In this document: positions 9,430 to 17,591 of the stretch, one piece after another
How the letters are laid out: each line of letters begins with the position of its first letter
How positions within the stretch are numbered: the stretch's first letter is position 1
Source: Akkermansia muciniphila ATCC BAA-835
GTDB lineage: Bacteria > Verrucomicrobiota > Verrucomicrobiia > Verrucomicrobiales > Akkermansiaceae
NCBI RefSeq assembly: GCF_000020225.1
Contig: NC_010655.1
Span: 2,490,001 to 2,522,000 of the forward strand
Length of the DNA: 32,000 nucleotides
Direction: 5' to 3'
Notes under the pieces: generated by a model
Told to the model about the DNA's origin: nothing
The model's input: only the letters and a program-made list of their open reading frames with translations
Databases searched by the model: none
Made by a program: the position numbers and the translations under genes

Positions 9430-10104
9430 ATGCATGAGTTGATCTCACTTTGGATGTCCTGGGTGCAGGACTGGGGATATGCGGGTGTCATCGTCCTGAT
9501 GGCCATGGAAAGCTCCATCTTTCCCGTTCCCAGCGAAGTGGTCATCCCGCCCGCGGCCATCCTGTCCGCCCAGGAAGGAGCATCCATGAGCTTCTGGGGA
9601 GTGGTGGCTGCCGGAACGTTCGGCTCCTGGCTGGGTTCTGCCATAACCTATGCCGTGGCCCGAATCGTGGGCCGCCCGGTCATCATGCGCTGGGGCAAAT
9701 TCTTTTTCATGCCGCCCCACAAGGTGGAAAAAGCGGAAATCTTCCTTCAGCGGTACGAAGTTTCCGGTGTCTTCTTCGCCCGCCTTCTGCCCGTCATCCG
9801 CCACCTCATTTCCATTCCCGCCGGCATTGTCCGCATGGGATTCGGCATTTTCTCCCTGGTCACCGTGCTCGGCTCGTTTGCCTGGTGTACGGTGCTCGCC
9901 TGGTACGGGCACCGCATCGGGGAACGGCATCCGGAATTGCTCAAATCTCCGGAGGAGCTGATCCGCACCGTCAAGAGCGAAAGTCTCCCCCTTATTCTGG
10001 CCGTGCTGGTTCTGGCCGTCTGTTACATACTCATGCTTCGTCTGACGGACCGCAACAAGCCGGAAAAAGCCGCAGCGGACACGTCCGCAGAAAAAGAGCA
10101 GTAA
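9430..10104 (+). CDS. DedA-family (SNARE-associated/VTT domain) membrane protein
   Basis: MESSIFPVPSEVVIPPAA and FFARLLPVIRHLISIPAG match the DedA signature segments. 224 aa with several TM helices. Confidence 0.85.
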   Translation: MHELISLWMSWVQDWGYAGVIVLMAMESSIFPVPSEVVIPPAAILSAQEGASMSFWGVVAAGTFGSWLGSAITYAVARIVGRPVIMRWGKFFFMPPHKVEKAEIFLQRYEVSGVFFARLLPVIRHLISIPAGIVRMGFGIFSLVTVLGSFAWCTVLAWYGHRIGERHPELLKSPEELIRTVKSESLPLILAVLVLAVCYILMLRLTDRNKPEKAAADTSAEKEQ

Positions 10105-10119
10105 CCCCCCCTTTTTCCC

Positions 10120-10635
10120 ATGATCCCTTCCAAGGAAGACCGGGCAGCCCGGGCGCTGGAGTATTTCCACCAGGGATATAATTGTTCCCAATCCGTTTTT
10201 GCTGCTTTTGCAGATGTCTGCGGCCTGACGGAAGAAACGGCCCTGAAACTGTCCTCTCCCCTGGGGGCAGGCATTGGACGCATGCGGGAGGTATGCGGCG
10301 CTTTTTGCGGAATGAGCATGCTGGCGGGGAGCCTGTACGGAAACAGTTCCCCGGAAACTGGAGAAAAGGAAAAAATCTTTTCCCTGGTCCAATCCCTGGC
10401 CGCCTCCTTCAAACAGGAATTCGGCACTCTTTACTGCCGGGAACTGCTGGGGCTGTCTCCGGAGAGCCTGGCAGCGGAAACGGCGCGCCCCGGAGAAAGG
10501 ACTGCCGCCTATTACGCCTCCCGCCCCTGTGAACGCTGCATTGCCTTCTGCGCCCGCTGCGCGGCCGAGCTGGAAGCAAAAGCCCGGCATCATGAAAATA
10601 CCCGGCCCCCTTTGCAGGGGAACCGGGCGCTTTAA
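10120..10635 (+). CDS. C_GCAxxG_C_C family putative redox-active protein
   Basis: YNCSQSVFAAF...GAGIGRMREVCGAFCG...LYCRELLG...CERCIAFCARC reproduces the family's conserved Cys pattern. Confidence 0.8.
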   Translation: MIPSKEDRAARALEYFHQGYNCSQSVFAAFADVCGLTEETALKLSSPLGAGIGRMREVCGAFCGMSMLAGSLYGNSSPETGEKEKIFSLVQSLAASFKQEFGTLYCRELLGLSPESLAAETARPGERTAAYYASRPCERCIAFCARCAAELEAKARHHENTRPPLQGNRAL

Positions 10636-10652
10636 CCATACGCAAGGCGCCG

Positions 10653-10997
10653 TCAATGAGAGGCGGAACTGCTGCATGCGCCGTCCGGGCAGGACGCCTT
10701 CAGCTTGTCTATCTTTTCATTCGTTTCCCCCATCCCCTCGTCATAAAAGCCCTGCTCGTCAGGGGCCAGCACCTGGAGGAGGCGGAGAAATTCGCCCGCG
10801 TGTTCCTTTTCCTCATTGGAAATATCCAGCAGAACTTCCTGGGCCAGCTTATGGTCTATGGATTCTGCAAGCTGGGTATAAAGCTGGATAGCTTCATATT
10901 CCGCTGCAATCATGAACCGGATGGCTCTCACCAATTCGCCATGGGTGAGTTTCCGGTTTTCCTTTAATCCGCTAAATGCATTTGTAAATTCAGGCAT
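10653..10997 (-). CDS. EncFtn-like mini-ferritin (rubrerythrin/ferritin-like superfamily), copy A
   Basis: 114 aa. IAAEYEAIQLYTQLAES...LLDISNEEKEHAGEFLRLL matches the encapsulated-ferritin pattern (Glu, Tyr and ExxH ferroxidase ligands; compare my recollection of the T. maritima and R. rubrum EncFtn). The tail KASCPDGACSSSASH is not a typical encapsulin targeting peptide. Confidence 0.75.
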   Translation of the reverse strand: MPEFTNAFSGLKENRKLTHGELVRAIRFMIAAEYEAIQLYTQLAESIDHKLAQEVLLDISNEEKEHAGEFLRLLQVLAPDEQGFYDEGMGETNEKIDKLKASCPDGACSSSASH

Positions 10998-11279
10998 GCA
11001 GATATGACCCAGACTGCAATGAATACATTCAAAATGTTCCTGTCATATATTTTCAGCGACATTCTTTGAATTTTTATTCATAACCAATGGTCTAAGAAGG
11101 CCAGTATCATCCCGAATACGGATGAAGCACGGGGTTTCACTTATACTGCTCGCTTTTACAATACATTCCCGCCACTGGCACGTAATAAGGAAAAGAGATA
11201 CCGCAAGACCGGAACAGAAAAACGCCCGGCTTCACCTGAAGAAAACCGGACGTTTTACAGCAAAGGATGAAAAGCACCG

Positions 11280-11624
11280 TCAATGGGCGGCGGAACTGCT
11301 GCATGCGCCGTCCGGGCAGGACGCCTTCAGCTTGTCAATCTTTTCATTGGTTTCCCCCATCCCCTCGTCATAAAAGCCCTGCTCGTCAGGGGCCAGCACC
11401 TGGAGGAGGCGGAGAAATTCGCCCGCGTGTTCCTTTTCCTCATTGGAAATATCCCAAAGCACCTCTTGAGCCAGCTTGTCATCAATGGAGGCGGCAAGCT
11501 GGGTATAAAGCTGGATGGATTCATATTCCGCTGCGATCATAAACCGGATGGCTCTCACCAATTCGTCATGGGTGAGTTTCCGATCCTCCTTTAGGCCGCT
11601 AAATGCATTCGTAAATTCAGGCAT
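11280..11624 (-). CDS. EncFtn-like mini-ferritin, copy B (tandem paralog)
   Basis: Differs from copy A at 7 of 114 residues and has the same ferroxidase residues and CPDGAC tail. The track ORF extends to 11651, but MPEFTNAF at 11624 aligns with the copy A start. Confidence 0.75.
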   Translation of the reverse strand: MPEFTNAFSGLKEDRKLTHDELVRAIRFMIAAEYESIQLYTQLAASIDDKLAQEVLWDISNEEKEHAGEFLRLLQVLAPDEQGFYDEGMGETNEKIDKLKASCPDGACSSSAAH

Positions 11625-11804
11625 GCAGATGGGACCTGATACGTAACCCATTCATTCAATATGCTTTGTCATAACTTTTATACGATGGTGGCCTTAAAGC
11701 AGTCCAGCGAACAAATTTCCAGCCTCTCTTGCCGGAACAAAAAAAGAGCGCCGGATTCTCGTCCGCCGCTCCTGTTAATCAAGCTCCTCTCCGGAGCACC
11801 TGCC

Positions 11805-12308
11805 TTACTTGCCTTCCGCAGTCTTGGGTGCGTATTTCTTGAAAAATTCAACGTACTGGGCGGGAGTACGGCCGGGAACATAACCCGTGCGGCCCAGCTC
11901 CTTGCCATCCGCATCCACCACCACCATGGCCGGCACGCCGGTAATGTTATACGTCTTGGCTTCCTTGGACTTGCTGAAATCCGAACTGCCGAACTCAAAT
12001 TTGACGCCAATGGCCACGCCGTCCATGCCTTGTTTGAAGTCCTTTTTGGAAAGGATTTCTTTCTCCAGCTTAACACAAAAGCCGCACCAGGACGTTCCCG
12101 TGAAAAGAAGAACAATGGGAAGGCCGGTTTCCTCCGCCTGCTTTTGAGCGCTTTTCAGGCTCTTGCCCCAGCGGAATTTCACTTTCGCCGCCTTGGCAGC
12201 CTTGGCTGCGGCTTCCTTGTCCGTGGGAACGCTTTGAGCCATGGAAATGCCGGAAACGCTGAACCCCAGCACAGTACACAATGCAAAAATAAAATGTCTG
12301 TTCATCAT
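11805..12308 (-). CDS. secreted thioredoxin-fold protein (CxxC = WCGFC)
   Basis: Signal peptide MMNRHFIFALCTVLGFSVSGISMAQS, then LLFTGTSWCGFCVKLEKE and ...ITGVPAMVVVDADGKELGR, typical of the thioredoxin family. Confidence 0.78.
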   Translation of the reverse strand: MMNRHFIFALCTVLGFSVSGISMAQSVPTDKEAAAKAAKAAKVKFRWGKSLKSAQKQAEETGLPIVLLFTGTSWCGFCVKLEKEILSKKDFKQGMDGVAIGVKFEFGSSDFSKSKEAKTYNITGVPAMVVVDADGKELGRTGYVPGRTPAQYVEFFKKYAPKTAEGK

Positions 12309-12433
12309 ACTCTGTGAAACGTTCCTCTCAGACTAGCAGAAATACTTTGTATAGGAAGAGAAATCAGTGTCTTTTTCCTCGAAGGAACTCTTCCGTCCCC
12401 CGTCCCCAAAATGAGGCGTTCTCAAAAAAAGTA

Positions 12434-12462
12434 TTGCTCTTTCCTCCTTAATCGGGTAATAA
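12434..12462 (+). promoter_or_regulatory. sigma70-like promoter of tRNA-Val(GAC)
   Basis: TTGCTC (12434-12439), a 17-nt spacer, then TAATAA (12457-12462), 19 nt before the mature tRNA 5' end. Confidence 0.4.
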
Positions 12463-12481
12463 TCCGCCCGCACTTACAAAT

Positions 12482-12556
12482 GCGCGGTTAGCTCAGTGGT
12501 AGAGCAACACCTTGACATGGTGGAGGTCGTAGGTTCAAATCCTATACCGCGTACCA
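12482..12556 (+). tRNA. tRNA-Val (anticodon GAC), CCA encoded
   Basis: Folded by hand. Acceptor GCGCGGT/ACCGCGT, D arm GCTC-AGTGGTA-GAGC, anticodon arm ACACC-TTGACAT-GGTGG, T arm GTAGG-TTCAAAT-CCTAT, discriminator A plus CCA. Confidence 0.93.
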
Positions 12557-12564
12557 TTTTTCTT

Positions 12565-12595
12565 AAAACCCCGTTCCTTTCCGGACGGGGTTTTT
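12565..12595 (+). terminator. rho-independent terminator after tRNA-Val(GAC)
   Basis: Stem CCCCGT(T)CC / GGACGGGG (8 bp, one bulge) followed by TTTTT. Confidence 0.7.
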
Positions 12596-12909
12596 CATTG
12601 CCTCCCTCCAGTCAATAGACATAGCATCAGCCTTCCCCCGTAACAGGCTCAATTGAAAAATGCCGGCATAAAGAGACGGTTAATGCAGAAGTTTGCGCTG
12701 ATAAGAAAAAATACCGGATATCTCCCTCTTTACTCACTTACAGTGAAAGATATGATGAGCATTTAACCTCATTAGTCTCCCATACAGGGAAAAATGTTTT
12801 TCCAACTTTTTTTGAACACAAGCCCCTTCCCGGGACGCTAATGGTAGGAGGGCAGCTTAAGGCCCCAGCCCTTACCCCCTCCTTCCCTGATGAAACAATG
12901 ACTATTAAA

Positions 12910-12937
12910 AGCCCGGCGGAAAGCATTCCGCCGGGCT
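12910..12937 (-). terminator. hairpin terminator downstream of the scaffold-like gene (T-runs on both sides)
   Basis: Stem AGCCCGGCGG / CCGCCGGGCT (10 bp) with an 8-nt loop. It is flanked by TTTTAAT on the minus strand and GCTTTTT on the plus strand. Confidence 0.55.
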
Positions 12938-12977
12938 TGCTTTTTATGAGACTCCGCCGGTTAAAACGTCCGGGAAA

Positions 12978-13859
12978 TTAACGGGTAGTCAAACGATCAT
13001 ATAACTCATTGGCATATTTATGATTGGGATGGTTCACATTCATATACGCCTCATAAAGAGGATGGGATGGATCCGATTCCATCCGCATGGCTTCCTCCGC
13101 AGGGGAAGGCGCCGCATTTCCTGTATGATGGAGAGGAGCTTCATCAAGCAGGCGTGATGCCTGGTACAACAGGCGGATTGCATCCGGATTGGAACCGAGT
13201 CCCGGATTATCCAGTAAAGCATCCGCATCCACCCCTGTTTCAGAGGCAAGCCGCCGAAGAACGGCGGCAGCCCTGCCCATGTTGCGTTCATAATTGGCGC
13301 CCCATTCCTGCTGAAGGGATTGTTCCGCCTGCATTTCCATCTCCATCCGGGCATCTTCCATGTGCTCACGGGCCTCGTCATATGCCTGGGCCATTGTCTC
13401 CTGAAGAGCATTCATTGCCTCCGGCGGTACTCCGTAACGATAGGCCGTGCGGGCCATACGCTCTGCCAGCCCGGCATTCCATTCGCTTTCCGGCGTGGAT
13501 TCAGGACGTTCCAGACGGTATTCTTCCTCCGACTCCGGCAATCCGGCCAGCCGGCGGAACCGCGCCATCTGTTCTTCATTCTCCACACCGGGATAACGTC
13601 GCAGGCGTTCCAGCTCCGCGTAACTCTTCGCCAGAGCCTCCGGCGTCTTAAACTTGGAAAGAGATTTCTCCATCCCTTTCAACTCATCAAACCGGGCGTA
13701 CCAATCCGGAGCAAAACCTCCGTCCTCACCCAGAAGGGGAGGAAAAGGTTCAGTTTGAACTGCGGTTTCGGACAGCGCGTCCGTCTCCGGGGAAACGGCC
13801 CCGGAACCCACCGCATCCCTGAAAGGAGCGGCCATGCTGTTATCAATGGAATCAATCAT
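12978..13859 (-). CDS. phage capsid-assembly scaffold-like protein
   Basis: 293 aa, very acidic and helix-prone. SLSKFKTPEALAKSYAELERL is a motif I associate with podovirus scaffolding proteins. The gene occupies the portal-small-scaffold position and its start overlaps the upstream gene by 8 nt. Confidence 0.5.
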   Translation of the reverse strand: MIDSIDNSMAAPFRDAVGSGAVSPETDALSETAVQTEPFPPLLGEDGGFAPDWYARFDELKGMEKSLSKFKTPEALAKSYAELERLRRYPGVENEEQMARFRRLAGLPESEEEYRLERPESTPESEWNAGLAERMARTAYRYGVPPEAMNALQETMAQAYDEAREHMEDARMEMEMQAEQSLQQEWGANYERNMGRAAAVLRRLASETGVDADALLDNPGLGSNPDAIRLLYQASRLLDEAPLHHTGNAAPSPAEEAMRMESDPSHPLYEAYMNVNHPNHKYANELYDRLTTR

Positions 13860-14133
13860 TTTTCTCTTCTTCTGTGGTTTCTTTAATGGCTAATTGGAGC
13901 TGGCGGCGGATGTACAGAAAGATCTCCCTGTAGGCATCCCTTCTCATGGCGTCCAGAGGATCGTAATTCCCCGGACTTCCTTGAAAAACGGGCAAATCAG
14001 TCTGGAAACGGGCTTCCAGAAAGGAAAGAGTCTCACGCCCGTCCGGGGTGTCAAACACCCGGAGAAGCTGGCGCCTTTTGAAACGGGCCTCCCGGACGGA
14101 GGCCTCCTGCTGCAATGTCGTATCCTGGTTCAT
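13852..14133 (-). CDS. small phage protein (Bbp19-like?)
   Basis: 93 aa. VFDTPDGRETLSFLEARF...DPLDAMRRDAYREIFLYI resembles the Bbp19-like domain found between portal and scaffold in BPP-1-type podoviruses (from memory). ATGA overlap with the portal stop. Confidence 0.45.
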   Translation of the reverse strand: MNQDTTLQQEASVREARFKRRQLLRVFDTPDGRETLSFLEARFQTDLPVFQGSPGNYDPLDAMRRDAYREIFLYIRRQLQLAIKETTEEEKND

Positions 14134-15764
14134 TTCTGAATCGCGGTTAACTGGTCAAGCAAGGGATTGAGGGAAGCATAAGGATCCTCTTCCGCCGGAG
14201 CCAGGGAGGCTCCCTGCTGGAGGTCCTCCCGTTCCTTCCGCATGGCACGGACATCGGCCCAGGGCCTCAGCATGCTCTCCGGGGCACCGTCCACACGGGC
14301 GGACAGGCGGAAACAGTGGTCCCAGTCCACATGATCCGCCAAATCCGGGGCAGCCTGCATCATCATATTCAGCCGCTGAAGGCTGCGGTCCATCCCTTCA
14401 CTCTGCAAGCGCCTGAGCACCAGGGCAATCTTTGACTGATAGACAACCCTGGGTTCTCCCACGGCAACGGAGCCGTCCCTCCCTACCCTCAATACCGCAC
14501 GGGGTGGCCTGGGAAACTTGCCCATCCGGAACAGCAGGGAAAAAATGCGTGTCATTGTGGAATACAGATCACTCACAAACAGCGTGAAGGAAGGAGAAAA
14601 CATCAAGACGCGCTCATTCTCCCGCGCCATGACCTCCGTGGCAGTCATATTGCCGCGGTGCCCGCTCCAAAGCTCCAGCATGGGCAGATAATAGGCACGG
14701 CGTATCGCATCCTGCTTCTGTGCCAGACGGTCCATCCCAACATCATACTTGCCCTGCGTAGCCCATTCCCGGGGAAGGTGAAGGGAAGCGGCCTCCGGGG
14801 TAATGACGGTCCTGCCGCCGGCCCGCAAATCCACTTCCCCAATCTGGTTGGCGAGCTCCAGAATACGGGGAAAGGCGGCCACCTCGCCAAGAGTGTCCAG
14901 AATACGGTTCAGGAACTGCACCTGCTGGATGGCGGGAAACACCAGCCTGCCGGGAGCCAGACCGTACGGGCCGCTGCCCCACTTCAAAAAGCGGGTTACC
15001 AGATAAGGGAACTCCATGTATCCCCCTTCCTCCACGATCACCTGGTCGTCCAGAGACAGGTAAACGCTTTCAAACGGCATGTGGGAGGCCTGCTCCCTGC
15101 GGCGGCTGCGCCGGGTGCGCGGGCGCACCACATGCAGAAACCTCAGAGTTGTGGCATACGGATTGCCTCCGCGCTCCAGAACTTCCCGAGCCTTGGGCCC
15201 CAGAGCTTTCACCCCGAACATGGAGCGTGCCTGATGAGCCGTGTAGGTAAACTCCCTGACGTAGGTATCCACCCGGCCTTCCGCATTCTCCGCACAGGCG
15301 AACTGTCCGCACGGAATATTGGTAAACAACAGCCTTCCGTCCGAGGATGTGCCCGTAAACAGGCTTCCGGTCCCCAAAGCCACCCGGTCCAGAAAACACT
15401 CATGAATCTCCGTATAAAAATTGGAAACGGACAATTCTTTCAGGGCAATTTCCGAACACTGGTTATACCAGGCCTCCGCCTCGTCGCCTCCCCGGTCATC
15501 CGGAGCCGACCACTTGAACCATACGTCATGGCTGGGCGTAATATAGGACATATGGCCGCTGGCCAGCTTCTGGCATGCCTCCACGGCAGTAGTATCCGTC
15601 ATGCGGTCCATGGCGTCCCTGTTGGGTAGGGAAACCTCCCCTTCCCGATTCAGGCGGCGAGGCAGCACGTAATCCCTCAGACGGTCCCACCACGTTTCCC
15701 ATGGCGCGCGCTGGGCGGCCAGGGACTTGTACACGGAATTCAATTCCGCAGTTCTTTCTTCCAT
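14130..15764 (-). CDS. phage portal (head-to-tail connector) protein, T7 gp8-like
   Basis: 544 aa. The N-terminus SVYKSLAAQRAPWETWWDRLRDYVLP parallels T7 gp8 SVYERLKNDRAPYETRAQNCAQYTIP, and the following ...CQKLASGHMSYITPSHDVWFKW parallels T7 NNLASKLMLALFPMQTWMRL. Uninterrupted ORF. Confidence 0.8.
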   Translation of the reverse strand: MEERTAELNSVYKSLAAQRAPWETWWDRLRDYVLPRRLNREGEVSLPNRDAMDRMTDTTAVEACQKLASGHMSYITPSHDVWFKWSAPDDRGGDEAEAWYNQCSEIALKELSVSNFYTEIHECFLDRVALGTGSLFTGTSSDGRLLFTNIPCGQFACAENAEGRVDTYVREFTYTAHQARSMFGVKALGPKAREVLERGGNPYATTLRFLHVVRPRTRRSRRREQASHMPFESVYLSLDDQVIVEEGGYMEFPYLVTRFLKWGSGPYGLAPGRLVFPAIQQVQFLNRILDTLGEVAAFPRILELANQIGEVDLRAGGRTVITPEAASLHLPREWATQGKYDVGMDRLAQKQDAIRRAYYLPMLELWSGHRGNMTATEVMARENERVLMFSPSFTLFVSDLYSTMTRIFSLLFRMGKFPRPPRAVLRVGRDGSVAVGEPRVVYQSKIALVLRRLQSEGMDRSLQRLNMMMQAAPDLADHVDWDHCFRLSARVDGAPESMLRPWADVRAMRKEREDLQQGASLAPAEEDPYASLNPLLDQLTAIQK

Positions 15765-15772
15765 GGCAGCGC

Positions 15773-15988
15773 CTATCCCAGAGTTTTCCTAAGCAGAGTC
15801 CGCGGATTAACCTCCCCCTGCCCGGAGGAAGAATGACGGCGCGCCAGAATGGTGGAAATCATTCCCTGCCTCTGCCGTTCCCGGGCCTGATAATCTTCCC
15901 CTACTTCTTGTTCCACGCTCTCCGCCTTGACCGGGATGGTCTGCTCTGGAGCAGAAGCGGAAGGTGTGGACGGTTTCATAAATCCCAT
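15773..15988 (-). CDS. small hypothetical protein upstream of portal (phage-associated)
   Basis: 71-aa ORF ending 8 nt before the portal start, charged and disordered-looking. The Arg-rich segment followed by ISTILARR resembles small virion proteins seen next to portals. No confident family. Confidence 0.4.
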   Translation of the reverse strand: MGFMKPSTPSASAPEQTIPVKAESVEQEVGEDYQARERQRQGMISTILARRHSSSGQGEVNPRTLLRKTLG

Positions 15989-16303
15989 AATTTCTTTTGC
16001 TTTCTATTCATGGTTGATACTGATTCCCCTTCCCTTCTGCCGGATATAAGGCTCCAGAGGATGCCGGACGCCCGCCTCACAGACAATCCATGCGGCGGGA
16101 GCGTTCTTTTCCCATGGAAGGAAAGGGAGCTCTCTCCACCTGCCCGAACAATCCGGGCAAGTGCTTGCATTTATCAAATAAACAAATCGGCAAAAAATGC
16201 ACCTGAGGAAAAACCGGACGCATACATGCCATTGGTGGCATCAAAGAGGTCGCCTCCAAACGTGATGCATTCCGCATCCGTTTCCTCCAAAACATAGGGC
16301 GCT

Positions 16304-16924
16304 ATGATCAATGAATCCTTACTTCAGCCGGATACGCCATCCGCGCTGGACATCTGCAACGCGGCCCTCTCCAAAATAGGGGAGGCACCTCTGGACGCGC
16401 TGATTGCCAATGAATCCACGGCATCCCGCCTTTGCGTTCTTCATTACCATCCGGCCCGCAGGGAAACCCTTTGCATGGCGCGCTGGACATTCGCCGCCAC
16501 GCAAACCACTCTGGACTCCGTTTCCGCACAGGCGCCCAATTCCCTGACCCCCTATCAATTCACGCTGCCCGCAGACTGCCTGCGCGTGCTGGATGTGGAA
16601 TGCTCGGAATGGAAAATGCAGGGACGCCGCATTCATGCTTCCTGCGCCCCGCTGCCCCTAAGCTACATTGCCGATATTGAAAACACCGACCAATTCGATC
16701 CCCTCTTCATGGACGCACTGGCCACCCGGCTGGCAGAAAAACTGGCCATGCCCCTGACGGGCAACCAAAGCCTGCGCCAGAATCTTAACCAGGAATTCCA
16801 TAAAATCATTCTTCCGCAGGCGGCTACCGTCAATGCGGTGCAGTGCTTTTCCAATGATTCCCACCCGCTGCTGGATTTGCTGAGAAAAACCAAATCGCCC
16901 TCTTGCACGGAAGAATGTGAATAA
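16304..16924 (+). CDS. T7 gp11-like tail tubular protein A / portal adaptor (gatekeeper)
   Basis: 206 aa (T7 gp11 is 196 aa). LDICNAALSKIGEAPLDAL...RETLCMARWTFA parallels T7 gp11 VNDILASIGEPPVSTL...QIQSRGWTFN. Transcribed divergently from the portal block. Confidence 0.6.
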   Translation: MINESLLQPDTPSALDICNAALSKIGEAPLDALIANESTASRLCVLHYHPARRETLCMARWTFAATQTTLDSVSAQAPNSLTPYQFTLPADCLRVLDVECSEWKMQGRRIHASCAPLPLSYIADIENTDQFDPLFMDALATRLAEKLAMPLTGNQSLRQNLNQEFHKIILPQAATVNAVQCFSNDSHPLLDLLRKTKSPSCTEECE

Positions 16925-16968
16925 CATGAGAATAATAAGCAAATAACATAATAATAAGTTGTGAATAC

Positions 16969-17268
16969 ATGCTCATGAAAGCACTGGATTTCATACAGAT
17001 ATTTGCCTCCAACGTCCGCAGGCTGGACTTCCGCCTCAGCAGTGCCCAGGTCATCCTGGCCGTCATTGCCGGATACAGGCGCCACAGCACCATTACGGAA
17101 GCCACACGCCTGCACCCTAATACCGTCACCAATATCCTGCAGGATCTTATTGCGCAGGGATATGTCAACCGTATTGGAGACGGTCGCCCTTATGTTTACC
17201 GGCCCACTGCGGATGGAGAACAGCTTGCCGGAAACCTGCTGGATAAAAATACATTCCCCGGCACATGA
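16969..17268 (+). CDS. winged-helix (MarR-like) DNA-binding protein
   Basis: 99 aa. SAQVILAVIAGYRRHSTITEATRLHPNTVTNILQDLIAQGYVNRIGDGRPYVYRPT is a typical wHTH recognition helix plus wing. Confidence 0.6.
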   Translation: MLMKALDFIQIFASNVRRLDFRLSSAQVILAVIAGYRRHSTITEATRLHPNTVTNILQDLIAQGYVNRIGDGRPYVYRPTADGEQLAGNLLDKNTFPGT

Positions 17269-17522
17269 AAAATCCTCTGCTCAGTACGGAAGAAAAACGC
17301 CGCTGGTTGGCCCGTGTTTTCCGGGACGAGGACGGGGAATACTCTCAGGCGGACAAATTCAAGGCGCTGGTGGAAGACACCAAACTGGCAGCCCTTCAGC
17401 AGGAAGAGGAGGAATTCAAACGCCAGCGGGAAATGGGCGCTGCACCACAGGACCCCATCCTGGATCTGCTCCAGTCCCTCCCCCCGGCAGAACTCAATCT
17501 CAATAATCACCCCTCTTCCTGA
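17265..17522 (+). CDS. small hypothetical protein, translationally coupled to the wHTH gene
   Basis: ATGA overlap at 17265-17268. 85 aa and charged. STEEKRRWLARVF...DKFKALVED faintly recalls the C-terminal part of small terminase (Terminase_2), but this is weak. Confidence 0.4.
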   Translation: MKNPLLSTEEKRRWLARVFRDEDGEYSQADKFKALVEDTKLAALQQEEEEFKRQREMGAAPQDPILDLLQSLPPAELNLNNHPSS

Positions 17523-17567
17523 CAACTTAACAAGATGATGGAACAAAAAAAGCTCTCTAGACCAAAC

Positions 17568-17591
17568 AAGCTCGAAGAGCTTTTTCTTTTT
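17568..17591 (+). terminator. weak terminator-like hairpin abutting the CRISPR array
   Basis: AAGCTC-GAA-GAGCTT followed by TTTTTCTTTT. An alternative outer stem is AAAAAGCTCT/AGAGCTTTTT. The T-run runs into repeat 1. Confidence 0.35.

Larger units (their letters stand above)
10647..11686. repeat. tandem duplication (two ~410-bp units, 10647-11060 and 11274-11686, offset 627 bp) carrying the EncFtn-like genes and their upstream regions
   Basis: In my hand alignment homology starts about 6 nt beyond each stop codon. It runs through the CDS and about 60 nt of 5' flank. About 210 bp of unique sequence separates the units. Confidence 0.8.

Noticed and set aside
10653-16924. The idea that the EncFtn-like genes plus the nearby HK97-phage-like genes form an encapsulin nanocompartment operon
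   Set aside because: The phage-like ORFs are portal, scaffold and adaptor types, not an HK97-fold shell. A thioredoxin gene, a tRNA and terminators separate them from the EncFtn genes. The EncFtn tails also lack a typical targeting peptide.
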